Position numbers and translations under genes: made by a program. DNA of 61,064 bases, the filler included, from Sphacelaria rigidula (taxonomy: Eukaryota): assembly GCA_964200075.2 (NCBI GenBank). It is 10 parts of 10 records of this genome, joined end to end, with 100 filler letters (N's around TTAATTAATTAA, not from the genome) between each part and the next. Parts side by side here need not be neighbours in the genome. Positions count along the whole stretch, not along the records: positions 6,118 to 12,134 come from CAXNAA020022769.1; positions 12,235 to 18,251 come from CAXNAA020022770.1; positions 18,352 to 24,368 come from CAXNAA020022771.1; 7 more parts are not named here. One strand, 5' to 3'. Under the pieces are notes generated by a model. That model saw only the letters and a list, made by a program, of their open reading frames with translations, was not told the DNA's origin and made no database searches. Each line of letters starts with the position of its first letter. Position 1 is the first letter of the stretch. This document shows, piece by piece, positions 11,345 to 23,566 of the stretch.

Positions 11345-11603
11345 ACCCTTCTGGGTACTGGCAATGGAAAAGTGCTGATTTCGAGGTGCTGTCTTTTTAA
11401 CAACATATGGTTGATTGTTTGCAGCTTCCGAAGACCACTATTCTGCCCAAGGCGTGCTTTTCAGACCCGCGACCGCTTCCAACTGGCGGTGAATCGCGTA
11501 AATACTGTACCGCACCTCAATCCTTCCACGTGTGGTGAGGGGATTTCTCTATGCTCGACCATGCTACTTTGTTTCTGTGATGTGGCTTAGCACGCTTGCC
11601 AAG
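11345..11603. repeat. Interspersed repeat family E
   Basis: About 250 bp colinear with 29925-30172 (AAGTGCTGATTTCGAGGTGCTG ... GTGGCTTAGCACGCTTGCCAAGT). Starts after TTAA|CCCTT, possibly a piggyBac-like end. Confidence 0.7.
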
Positions 11604-12234
11604 TGTTGGGCGGATACGACCTCCGGACTGCAGCACAATAATACTCCGGTGGGGTGCGTCACTTATATAAATGCGTGCCGTAGTGCCACACGGGACTAAA
11701 TATATAGAAAATATAAAGTGTGCTGATTTTTGTTGTATGAAATTCAGAGGCCGCGGTGCTGTTTTTTGCTGTGTGCACAAAGTTGAACATACTTGACCCG
11801 TTGCGTCCCCTCATTCGATAAAACTAATCCAACCGCACCGGGGCGACATTTTTGGTGCGAGCACGGCCTATGTCAGTGGATTCTTCTGTGACCTTCCGCC
11901 GTAAAAATGGTTGTAGTCGGTATTTTCTTTTCCCATATTGTCTTCTTCATCAGCGCTCAAAATAATGAGGCGTCTGGACCGGGGACGGGAGGGGAGGTTT
12001 CCCAAAGGGTGAAATGAGCATTGGTTATTGTTCATGACACAGATATTGTAACTCTGACAAGACGGGCGAGAGAATTTTTGCCAAACGGTTAGATTTTTTT
12101 TCTTGTCCCCAGAGGACAGGAAGGAACCTTAAACNNNNNNNNNNNNNNNNNNNNNNNNNNNNNNNNNNNNNNNNNNNNTTAATTAATTAANNNNNNNNNN
12201 NNNNNNNNNNNNNNNNNNNNNNNNNNNNNNNNNN

Positions 12235-12307
12235 TTCAACGACGATCTGACTCGAAATTTCGAGCAACAAATAACCCAAAATACCCGCCCCCTATCGTAG
12301 GATGATT
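12235..12307. mobile_element. End of a second copy of the AGT...ACT (6-bp TSD) element
   Basis: CGAGCAACAAATAACCCAAAATACCCGCCCCCTATCGTAGGATGATT is approximately the reverse complement of the left end of 32591-32746. Confidence 0.7.
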
Positions 12308-12893
12308 CTCTCCGGGTTTCTCATCCCAAATAAAAGACCCATCCCCAATTTGTAAGATCCCGTGTTACTTGATTTGCTGATGGCGACATCCTTGAGCAGG
12401 TCGACACTATGTGCCATATGGTGGTGGTGCAACTTGCCGCCGAGAGCACTTGCTGCTGGTCAAACGTTCTGAAGCGTGTGTGTCGCGAAGGGTAGATAGT
12501 GGTACAAGCAGCACATTAGCTATTTTTTTTTATGTCTTGCTTCTATGACTGAAGGCGACTACACAATTCCTGCACATGACCTGCCTCCAACAGTGTGGAA
12601 AAATAGAGACAACACGACAATCGCCCGTTGAACGGAAAGTCAAACAGTGAAACACCAGAACGCTGCAGACAACATCATTTGAAAAACCTCCGCCATCGCA
12701 CAATTGTCTACACGCATGATACGGCAGCCTCCGCTTGCCCGTGCTACGTTTCCAACGATAGGATCGCACGAGCGGGAATACTCAAACTGACATGTATCGC
12801 ACAGATTTGTACACCACACTCGGCGCAGAGGACAGATGCATCGAAAAATCACCATGCCGAGCATCAGCCGGTAAAAGGGTGTGCATGGACTCT

Positions 12894-15558
12894 CTAACCA
12901 AGTCGTCTCCCTCGCGGGCGGGATAAGGCCGAGGAAACATTACTCGAGGGAGCACACACGTCCAGTTCCAGTTTCATGTCGGCATCCTCCTCTTCAGACA
13001 TAATATCCTCCTCCGCTGCCACATCAAATACCGCGTCATTCTGCATCGTCCTACGTGGTCTTTTCGTGTCCCTACAACTGGCGATACTGTTTCCGCGGCT
13101 CTGCTTTCTGGTGCCCGTGAAGCCGCTTTTGCCCATGCCGTCGCAACTGCTGGATTGCGAAGCCAGTCTACAGCTCGTTCTCATGCCCGCGGAAGCAACC
13201 GCAGGCGCGAGCGTCGGCTCCATCTTCATCTTCATGCGCGTCTTTGCCACACCCAGAAGAACCTCATCTGCTGCCGCTGCGCTGACAGCCCATTGCGAGG
13301 CAGCAAGCCCGGTGGTCTCAGCACGCGCACCTCCTTGCCTGGCACGGATGGCGCGCGAGCTGTGACGAGAATCAGCGGCACGACTACTATCGCTCGTGCT
13401 GGGACCACCACCCGACAGACGACGAAGATTTTCACCACGTTCATCGATACCGCCACCGCCACTTCCCTCGGCCAAGTCATTATCCAGGCACCTTCCTCCT
13501 TCGCCATCAGCCCCTGCTGCATCAGACGCGATAACCAGGTCGTGAGCAGCATGGCGGCGGATATCCCTGTGCTTCTGGGCCCGATTGGAACATCGCTGCG
13601 GAGAACTTTCATTGTCGTTCACGGGGATCATCCCTGCGCGTGTGTGTTTGACGCAAAACTCCGCTTTTCCACCATCAGCTGCACCGAACGATGGTCTTTG
13701 GCAGCAGCCCTGCCTGCCACAGTGCTTGTGGACCACATTGACCATGCCCGCCCGGGCGTGCGTATCGCAAAACGTCGCCTTTCCGTCACCGGCTGCCCCG
13801 AACGATGGGAGTTTTGAGCAGCCCTCTTTGCCGCACTGCTCGCTTCTTACATCGACTATGCCCGCCCGGGCGTGAGTAATACAGAACGTCGCCTTCCCAC
13901 CACCAGTTGTTCCGCGCGATGGTTGTTTGCAGCAGCCCTCCTCGCCACACCGCTTGCTTATTACGTTCACCGTGCCCGCCCGGGCGTGCGTAGCACAGAA
14001 AATCGGCTTCCGGCCACCGACTTTCCCGAACGATGGTTGCTTGGAGCAACCTTCCTTGCCACACCGCTTGCTTGTTACGTTGACCATGCACGCCCGGGCG
14101 TGCGTAGCACAGAACGTCGCCTTCCGGTCACCAGCTGTCCCGAATGATGCTTGTTTGGAACAGCCCTGTTTGCTACACTGCGTGCTTTTCACGTAGACCA
14201 TGCTCGCCGGCGCGTGTGTAGCACAGAACATCGTCGTCCTGCCACCGACCTTCCCGAAGGATGGATGTTTGGAACAGCCCTCTTTGTCACACCGCCTGCT
14301 TTTTACATCGACCATGCCCGCCCGGGCGTGTGTAGCACAAAACATCGCCTTCCCGCTACCGGCCTTTCCGAATAGTGGTCCTTTAGAGCAGCCCTGTTCG
14401 CCACACGGGCTTGCGTTTTACGTTGACCATGTCCGCCCGAGCGTGTGTACCGCAGAATGTCGCCCTTCCACCACCGGCTGCACCGAACGATGGTTGCTTG
14501 GAGCAGCCCTCCTTGCCACACTGCTTGCTTATTACGTTGACCATGCGCGCCCGGGCGTGCGTAGCGCAGAACGTCGCCTTACCGCCACCGGCTGCACCGA
14601 ACGATGGCTGCTTGGAGCAGCCCTCCTTGGCACACTGCTTGCTTGTTACGTTGACCATGCACGCCCGGGCGTGCGTAGCACAGAACGTCGCCTTCCGGTC
14701 ACCGGCTGTCCCGAACGATGCTTGTGTGGAACAGCCCTGTTTGCCACACTGCGTGCTTTTCACGTAGACCATGCCCGCCGGCGCGTGTGTAGCACAGAAT
14801 GTTGCCTTCCCGCCATCGGCTGTGCCGAATGATGGTTGTATGGAACAGCCCTCTTTGTCACACCGCCTGCTTTTCACATCGATCATGCCCGCCCGGGCGT
14901 GTGTAGCGCAGAACATCGCCTTCCCGCTACCGGCCTTTCCGAATAGTCGTCGTTTGGAGCAGCCCTGCTCGCCACACGGCTTGCGTTTTACGTTGACCAT
15001 GCCCGCCCGAGCGTGTGTACCGCAGAACTTCGCCTTGCCGCCACCGGCTTTCCCGAACGCTGGGTTTTTGGAGCAGTCTTTCTTGCCACACCGCTTGCTT
15101 TTCACATCCACCATGCCGGCTCGGGCGTGCGTAGCACAGAACGTCGCCTTTCCGCCATCGGCTGTCCCGAACGATGGTTGCTTGGAGCAGCCCTCTTTGC
15201 CACACTGCTTGCTTTTCACGTTGACCATGCCGACCCGGGCGTGCGTAGCACAGAACATCACCTTCCCGCCAACGGCTGTCCCGAACGACGGGCCTTTGGG
15301 GCAGCCGTCCTCGCCACACCGCCTGCTTACAATATCCACCATGCCCGCACGGGCGTGTGTAGCACAGAACGTCGCCTTCCCGCCATCGGTTGTCCCGTAC
15401 GATGGTTGTGTGCAGCAGCCCCGCTTGCGACACCACTTGCGTTTCACGTTGACCATGCCTGCCTCGGCGTGCGTAGCACAGAATTCTGCATTTTTGCTAT
15501 CAGCTGCGCCATGTGAAGCCCTCTTGGCGCAACCTGCGCGGATACATCCAGTGGTCAT
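12894..15558 (-). CDS. EsV-1-7 repeat protein (17 Cys/His-rich 38-aa repeats plus low-complexity tail), intronless, 1-bp frameshift near 14408
   Basis: Repeats C-x4-C-x3-PSFG-x6-A-x-FC-x2-H-x3-GMV-x-V with a 114-bp period. ORFs 14383-15744 and 12894-14345 join if one G is removed at 14407-14409. Likely ATG at 15558 (MTTGC), downstream of an acceptor-like TTTTATAACAG. Confidence 0.9.
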
Positions 15559-15769
15559 CCCTTTCGCTACTGTTATAAAAAAGGAGCCAAGGTGGCGGGA
15601 GTTCCACCACCAATACTTCAGCCGGCACCGCCACACACCCGCGCAATAGAACCAGCTCACGAATCCGGCAATAGCCTGAACAAACCAACCAGCGAAGGTA
15701 ACCACAGGTTGCGTCCAAGTGAGAGGAGGATAAACCGCCATCATACTATCTTTGTTGCAAATCGGGAAT

Positions 15770-17256
15770 TTGACTAGGATGGACTGGAAAATTTACCTCG
15801 GAATTAGAAGGCGACAGCGGTGCAGCTACCGCGCCATGGTCGCGCACAGGGAGAACGGCGCCTTCTCTACAGGACCCATAGCGTATCTACCATTACTGAA
15901 ACAAAGTAGCACGACTGAACAAGGGGAAGAGGTGTTGAACTCTGAAAATACCTAGGAAGCAGGTGCGCCGAGATCACCCGTATGGTCGCTCGTCCCATGA
16001 GATTTACCCAACACACGACGCGCCAACTGCCGCTCGGCTCTGTGCGCTTGAATTGGGAGTACGTGGAAGCGGGACTACTCCTGAAGTCAGTTATGAGGTA
16101 TGAATATGTCGCTAAGGATAGAAATACCTTGGCGTCATCGCCGGTAGAATTGAGATTGCGCGAGGAACATACACCATGGGCATGCAAGCAATCAGCGCCT
16201 GGCCTATGCGGGGTGAAACTGCAGTAACGCTCAAGCTACGAACATTCTCGAAACTGGGTACTTGCAGTTCTTACGGTATAAAAGTGAAGTGGGCGCGAGA
16301 GGAAAATAGACTCAGAGGGCTGAGGAAAAATATGGCAGGTAGCATGTCAATATTGCAAAGGAGCACACGATTCGGACACTGCGGCGAAGGACATAAGCAA
16401 CTCGGAAATTGGAACGAAGATAGCGGAGACATGGGGAAGCGAAAGACAACTCCTGATGGGACCTTCGCCGCAAGCGAGATGCTTCTGCATCAAGAGCCCC
16501 AATCGGAGAGCCGTGACCGCTGACACAACAAACGCAACAGCTCGCAAGGAATTCTGGATGAAAATGGTTGAGATATGTCCTCCTCTGTACCCGACTCAAG
16601 ATGAGTACCGGAAGCTGGGTCAACACAGAAAAGACACCTGTCTTCTATCGGTTGTTGGCGTTTTCCTTGGCTAGTCGCCTTGCTGTGTTACTTGGTTATG
16701 TGCTTGTACATGGCTCACGGTGTCCTCGGGTTTCATTGCTTCCAACTGTCCCTTCAACTCTTTTTTCCATCTCTATTTCCTCTCAGTGCTGTACGAGAGA
16801 ACTTAGCACCTCGCTCCCACATGGCTCATGGGTGAGAGCCCATGCCCAATATGATGGTCCCAACATGGCTGAGTCACAGCCTGATTCCACGGCCTATTGT
16901 TTTGTTCTGGATATGGGTGCTTGTTTTTTGCCTATCGCCCGTTTACACCTGCAGCCGTGCTGCAGGGGCTGGCCATTTCAAGTTCTACTTCGTATAAAAA
17001 TGTACATGTATTTCTGCTCTCGATCATACCACGTCCCTTTACTCTCGTTTTTCGCTTACGTTCGAATTTCTTTTGTTCCCTTTCGTTTGCTCTGCCGTTC
17101 ACTCCGTTCGATTCTTATAACCTTCGGTTCTCCACTTTTTGCTCTAAAGCGAGCGTTTCTGTTTCGTTCGTCTCGGGTACATACATCATGCGACCACTGC
17201 TGAGTCTCTCGGGGATAAGCTGCTGTGGAAAAATCAATGAATCGATAAATCAATAT
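15770..17256 (+). mobile_element. Degenerate non-LTR retrotransposon (LINE) 3' portion
   Basis: Broken RT-like KYLGVI motif near 16122, a pyrimidine-rich 3' UTR and a tail AATCAATGAATCGATAAATCAAT. Related 3' ends at 19380-19480 and 59770-59860. Confidence 0.4.
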
Positions 17257-17961
17257 ACAGAAGTAACCACAACATTATTTTGTCATCGCTCTGGGATAAA
17301 AGGGACCAGTGTGCTGGAGGGGCTTCGTCGCTTCGAAAAGAAAGGGTAAAGTGCACGAAACGAATGAACGAGAGAGACAGGAATCGACATCATCAACATG
17401 GTGCGTTGAGCTGCTGACAAATTACAGCCGTGGGGAGGAGGAAACAAGCGTCAACAAGCGGCAGGGAAAAAAATCACGTAAAAGAACCAAACCTTGAGAA
17501 ACATTTGTAAAAAGAAGCAAACATCGACGTCATGCTACAAACGGCACAACGCTTATGACGGTATGTATGCAAGCATACGCCATTAGTTGTCGGTGAGTAG
17601 ATCGGCCTTTGCTCCGGAGACTTCTAGGCACGAGGTTCTCTGTACTTTGTACTTCTCAGAGCCCAAAATGGGCGATTTTGGGAGGAGGTGTCCGTCTGTC
17701 TTTGGGCCCATTACCGTCCTCGGCGACGTTTTTTGTTCCCATTTACTAGGCCAAACCCCACCCCCTTTCAAAAGCATCTTTATCGACGCTGCAAAATTAA
17801 AGCGCAATGGGAAACGGAAGTACAGGGGGAAAATGCAGAATACGATTTGGCTGAAGGCTATGCGCAGCCTGCCCACCTCCCTACCCACCCCTCAACCGAT
17901 ACATTACACACACAACCAACCAATGCTTGGGAGCAAGGGGGCTGCTGGTACTCATTCGATT

Positions 17962-18251
17962 GCATGCCATAGCCATGAGAGCATTGACCTCGCATCCCTA
18001 CAAAGCCGGGACTGGCAGGTGGTAGGTTGGTGTACTCATGATCATGCATGCCATAGTCAGAAGACAACTGACCTCGCATCCCTACAAAGCCGGGAATGGC
18101 AGGTGGTAGGTTGGTGTACTCATGATCATGCATGCCATAGTCAGAAGAAAACTGACCTCGCATCCCTACAAAGCCGGGACTGGCAGGTGGTAGGTTGGTG
18201 TACTCATGATCATGCATGCCATAGTCAGAAGACAACTGACCTCGCATCCCT
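17962..18251. repeat. 84-bp tandem repeat (at least 3.4 copies, runs into contig end)
   Basis: CTCGCATCCCT recurs at 17989, 18073, 18157 and 18241; copies are near-identical. Confidence 0.95.
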
Positions 18252-18384
18252 NNNNNNNNNNNNNNNNNNNNNNNNNNNNNNNNNNNNNNNNNNNNTTAAT
18301 TAATTAANNNNNNNNNNNNNNNNNNNNNNNNNNNNNNNNNNNNNNNNNNNNATGGCTTGCATGATCTTGACTACCCCCCCCCCC

Positions 18385-18640
18385 CCCTCCTCGGAATGAG
18401 TTCGTGGTCTCCAGGTATTATCCCATCTCTCCCCCGGTACACACCCTGCAGTAGTTGACTATCAGCACTCCCGCACCACGTCAACTCACGACAAAAAAAC
18501 TCAGTCAACTACTTTGTTTACTCACGTTTTCACGCTTTCCACGGTGAAAATCAGACATCATGAAGTGAAAATCCAACGCAACAGGAATCGAACGCTCGTT
18601 CTCTCCACCAAATGGCGACAGTCGGACCATTACACATTGG
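18385..18640 (-). mobile_element. SINE family B copy
   Basis: Reverse complement of 10420-10690, including the A/B-box head. Confidence 0.78.
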
Positions 18641-19379
18641 AGAACATGTCGAGCGGTGCGCTCCGTCTCGAAAGGGATGATGGTCAATGGTCAACGGTCA
18701 AACGACTAAGGCAAGCTACAAATGAGTACGCCCCCCCACCCCCCCCCCCACTCCCCTTCCCGACACCCGCCACCCCCCCCCATCCCCCCCCACCCCCCCC
18801 CCACAACCCCNNNNNNNNNNCCCCCGAAAGGGGAGGAGGTAAAAGGAAAAAGGCAAAAAAAACAAAGCAAACAAAAAAAAGAAACCCCCCCCCCCCCCCC
18901 CCCCCCTCCCCTGGGGAATATGTGGTCTATAGTTGCAATAGGACTGTACACGCAGTACACTTTTTTCTGTAGCAACTTTTGACCACGTAATGTCCAGGAT
19001 GCCAAAAATTCGAGCACAGGAGTATGACCACGGCATAGCTTCTCGAATAAACGGCGTCTTCGGGAAGCATTCTTTGAGAGCAATGACAGTGAAGAGCTCG
19101 GGCAGTGCAAGCAGCAACACACTGACACCCTGCCGACAGTCGTATTCGATGTTGAATAGCTTCCTCTCTTTTCTTTTTTTTGCCGTACCTGATTTGTTGG
19201 CCGAATTTCCTCACAAACCAGCGAACATTTGCCTATAAAGGAGGCGAAGGAACGGCCCAACTCTTCTCGCGAAAAATTAGGGTAAGCACTGCAGGATAAA
19301 GGTCACCAACCGCAATGATAATAATTATCCTGTGTTCATTTGTTCCTTCATTTTCTCTTTCATTGTCAGTTTACGCTGT

Positions 19380-19480
19380 TTGTCTGTTCTGTACGTTCTC
19401 GGGTACGTCTATTATGTCATCACGGTTGGATCCCTAGGGGGTCAGTCGAGGTGCGACAATCAATAGTTCATCAAGCAATT
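19380..19480 (+). repeat. LINE/SINE-type 3' end fragment
   Basis: GGGTACGTCTATTATGTCATCACGGTTGGATCCCTAGGGGGTCAG resembles 59779-59823; followed by an ATCA-rich tail. Confidence 0.55.
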
Positions 19481-19681
19481 AATTTCGCCCGTCAACGCAC
19501 TACTACTCGAAGAGCAACGTTACCGAAGTGGAATGACGTAATCATACCGCCAACACACCAACACCTGTATTGCAGGCTAAAGTTCCGACACTTGAAGCAA
19601 ACAACAACACATGCTGCAGCAAGTCACCGTTTGATCAACGCCTGCTTCACCCGCTCAAGCAGAAACTCAAGCAGGTACTAG

Positions 19682-19683
<2 letters not shown>

Positions 19684-19733
<50 letters not shown>
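19684..19733. repeat. (GT)n microsatellite
   Basis: About 25 GT units. Confidence 0.95.
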
Positions 19734-19736
<3 letters not shown>

Positions 19737-20168
19737 GTCAGCGCAAAACGTTTGTAAAGCGTATGCGGTGCATTTGCCATCTCGGCGTTTCAAGTTTCGC
19801 ACGTTTAGCATGAACAGGGGGAAAAAAATCGAACACTGCCAACTTTGTGACTCTAACGCCACAACCCCACGACTTACGCTGCATAAAAAAATCAACACGC
19901 TCACACTCGAAAGCCAACAAAACATACTTGAGCATTTTCTATAGGTCATGATCAATGCCTGTCTGCCCCGGTGCAGTATTTTATATTCCTTTTCCCACCC
20001 CAAAACTTGCGATATTGCTCTCAAATCTCAACGACGCAAACCCGCAACACTTTACAAATTGCTCCCCGCTTGCCTGACTCGTTGCAAGCATCCCCTCAGC
20101 CTGAACGTTCTACACTTGCACATAACAAGTTTTGTACAGACAACGACACAACCACACGAAACACATAC

Positions 20169-20345
20169 CTTGTAGGTGATGTAGGCGTTTATCCCCTGCT
20201 CCTGCTTGACCGGATCGCACACGGTGATGTTCAGCCTGGAGCCCGGTGGCGCTTCAGCCTCGACGCTCCGGCCGACCGGGGCAGCCGCACTTCCGGGCAT
20301 GTCTACGTTGGAGAGCACGTTCGGGTAAGCGGCGCCGTTGCTCAT
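20169..20345 (-). CDS. SNX1: Sorting nexin (SNX1/Vps5-like), exon with the start of the PX domain
   Basis: LNITVCDPVKQEQGINAYITYK matches the first strands of SNX1-type PX domains (xITVxDPxKxxxGxxAYIxY). Donor AAG|gtatgt. Downstream exons not seen on this contig. Confidence 0.78.
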
Positions 20346-22416
20346 GTTTGCTACGTACGTACCTGCACTGTCTGCCCTGGGTGGTCCTAATGTCTGATAT
20401 TTTTAATGCAGGGCGGCGGAGAAGGCGAGGGCGGGGGGTGGGGTGGGTAGGGGTGGGTAGGGGTGGGCTGTGGAGGATGACTTCTGCAGCACCGTAAGCA
20501 CAATGTACCTCCGGGACCAAGAGTCTCCAATTCTCGAACGTTTAAATAAGGGATTCACGCAATCGGGATTTCTCCGCAGAGGATACGCAGTTGTCACTCG
20601 CAAGCTCGGGAATCGAAAGGCGATGGTAAAACAAGCAGGTTGTCGGTATTATAGGATACATTTCCCGACTCGATGGTGTCAGGTCAGTACGGAGCATGTT
20701 TTTCAGGGGTTTTTATTGGCCATATTTGGTCCCACCCAAAACACGCTTTTCCCGCAGCAGCGCAATGAACACCAAGGAATTGGGGGAACAACAGGGCATA
20801 ACCACAACATACGGGGTTGGTTCGGCCCGCCGAAAATATCACAGAGCCAGAGTCTGGAACTGCATCATACTAGGACCCCCGACGACCGGTTAGCCCCCAA
20901 GTCGTTTAAAAACTGATCGTGGAAATGACTTTATTTCAGGAGTCCATATCGGGTACCAACATATCTCGATCCCCAAAGCTTGAGATCAAAGGACGGCCGT
21001 GGTGACGTAGTGTACATGGTACCGTGGGGTGCTGCAATGTAACTCAACCCCCACCAAGTTACGTGGTTGAGCGCGCCGGTCGGACTTTTTGATCCTTGCC
21101 TAAATGTACAAGCGCCAAAGCCGCCCGAGGTCTGCCCTCTCTCGACACGACGCGTTCCTACTCGGGGCAGCCGGGGTTTGTGAGGGGAAAAAGCTCACGA
21201 TGCAGTGCCCAGCGGGTTGCTTGTCGCCATGTCAACCTTTTGCTCATCCCGTTCGTCGGCTGCGGGGGTTAGGGAGAATTTCCGCTCACAAACTCCACGC
21301 ACAAAACCGAAAACATCACCCACGCACATGACAAAACCAAAAATTCGTTCATTTTAAGACATGTGCTTTCCGCGCGTGCCATGTCCTGAGTCCGTTCAAA
21401 CATGGTTTTACGATAATTTCACTTTGGCACTCCGGCTCGATATATCTTACTAGGAATGTGAGACTTGAGCGTGGATTCAACATGGTCATGCGAAAGCTTG
21501 CTCCACACGTGACGAGCGATGCAATTTCTATTTCATCGTCCCGAGACAGCAAAGCACTGCTGATATTGGCTTGAGTGCAGAAAAATGATGCCCAGCACAT
21601 GCGTGGCAACAGCCCCTTCAAAGTAGGCGCTATCTCTTGACAAAAAAAATCTGACATCCCACCCAGAAACCCGGCCACCGTCTGATCAACCTGCGGGTTT
21701 GGGCGCCCGAAGGGATAACCCCCGACCGTCAGTCTCGTCTCGGAATAGAATAGTAACGTTGGCCGACCGTCCAGGACCATCCACAGGGTTACCAGGGGGA
21801 GGGAGTGTACTCATGATCTTCCATGCCGTAGTCATATGACTATTGACCTCGCATCCCAACAGAGCCGGGACGGAGCACGCCGGGTTTTCGCAAGACCACA
21901 CTCCCAATCGATCACCAAGCGCGAAGCGCCGTGACGTGTTCCGCGAGTCGCATGAAGGGTGAGCTGCATCCTGCTCGAATTGTTCGGCCCGACGCGTACT
22001 GATCATCTTGCATTTGGATGACAGCCTTCAATGACTTGCTTTATTGGGAGCGGGGGGGGGAACAATCATGCGTGTCTCCCGGAAATTTCCAGGTCACCCA
22101 ACAGGCCTGATGGAGATGTTGTAACAATTTTGATAGCTGTGATTGGTCGAAATGGTTCACATGTTCCGCTACAGTACAGTACGTACATATTGCCCAATAC
22201 TTGGCCGGTTGACCGTGGTTTTGACCATCTGAGCAACGACCACCCGACTGATATACAAAAAAATAGTGTTTTCTACTCTGTGCGTCGTCCTTGCCAGCTA
22301 TCTGCTCGCCTCTCTTACTCTCTCATCAAGTACAGAGCAGAGATAGATGCAGCGTGCAGTAGACTAACTGTCAATGCAAAGCAATGACGCGCTGATTGTT
22401 TGATACCGTTTATTCA

Positions 22417-23373
22417 GGTCCTGTCTTAGGAAATTATTTTCCGATCGAAAAGGTGCGGTGGAAATAAATGTTCCGATATGATGGGTCGTCAGTCGTGTCC
22501 ACATCACTTATGTTGAAATAACGGCCTATTACCTCGGAACCTTTTGTTTACACCGCGCTTTTTCGATCGGAGTGATCATGTGCTCCTTGTCTTGGCACAT
22601 TATTCCCGATCGAAAAAAAACTGCGGTGAAATTTATATGAGCGAATTCGTTCATGTTTCGCGAGTTGGGTCCACGCGAATTGGGAAGCTTTCGATCGAAA
22701 TTGAGACAGTGAAATTCGTGAAGCGGTACGTGTTCGCTCGTCTACGGTAGTACACACAGTACGAGTAGTGTACTACATGCATACAATAATCACTGAGTGT
22801 GTGTGCGTGATTCGTACAGTAGGATGCGAAGGAGAAGCGGGCAACGTGCAGTACAGACAGCACAGGTCTATCTGTACTCTCTGCTCACAGTGCGACGTGA
22901 GAAGGACTTGAACGATGTGCAGTGTACGCAAGTTGATCGCGAACACTACCACGCAATTTTGTCGCCGACCCCTACCGTCGAAGAAGTTGGTGAAGTGTTG
23001 GCCAACGAAAAAAAAACACATCATGCCCAACTACTACAGTCCATCTATCCCTATGCTCAACTCGTACGTTATGCTGCTGAGTTGCGGTGGTAGCTGAGAA
23101 TGAATTGTGCGGGCTCTGCATTGTTCTGTGAATGGGTGGTATCTGGCGTGGTAGTCTGCAAGACAGGAGTCAAGTGCCCGTTCGTGCCCTTTATCCACAT
23201 GTTTTTTATCGAAAAGGCTTAGCTTCATCATGTTTCTAATTCTCTCCGCGCGCCACTTATTGGAAACATGGTTGACACCAGCTAGAAACAGACATATCAT
23301 GGACCTACCAAACCGAATATTTTTTTCCACCGCATTTCTTCGATCGAACAAAAAATCTGCGAAGACACGACTC
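22417..23373. mobile_element. PIF/Harbinger-type non-autonomous element
   Basis: Left end GGTCCTGTCTTAGG...CGATCGAAAAGGTGCGGTGGAAA; degenerate right end TTCCACCGCATTTCTTCGATCG...GAAGACACGACTC|TTA. Internal 22795-22925 is repeated at 24224-24351. Confidence 0.55.
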
Positions 23374-23376
23374 TTA

Positions 23377-23563
23377 GGCCCTGTCTTGGCACATGAGTTT
23401 TCGATCGAAATTTTGCGGTGGAGAGCAAAAATCCCGATCGGATAGGTCGTGATTTCAACCATCGTCGTCAATTTTAAAGATGGTTGAAATCATGGCCTAT
23501 CAGATTGGGATCTTGTTTTCCACCGCACTTTTTCGATCGAAACTGATGTGCTAAGACAGGCCC
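23377..23563. mobile_element. Tourist/Harbinger-type MITE
   Basis: TTA|GGCCCTGTCTTGGCACAT ... ATGTGCTAAGACAGGCCC|TTA; long imperfect arms; 3-bp TTA TSD. Confidence 0.85.
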
Positions 23564-23566
23564 TTA

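Noticed and set aside
12976..15649. Long plus-strand ORFs overlapping the EsV-1-7 gene
   Set aside because: Antisense shadows of a GC-rich repetitive coding sequence.
12894..15744. Endogenous phaeovirus insertion
   Set aside because: EsV-1-7 genes are a resident brown-algal family; no capsid, polymerase or other NCLDV-type gene was recognised nearby.
17962..18251. CRISPR-like array (also considered for 31097-31432 and 51151-51390)
   Set aside because: Units are contiguous with no unique spacers, there are no cas-like ORFs, and the context is eukaryotic.
10318..20345. Joining the SNX exon, EsV-1-7 gene and DUF4336 exons into one gene or cluster
   Set aside because: They lie on different contigs separated by artificial spacers.
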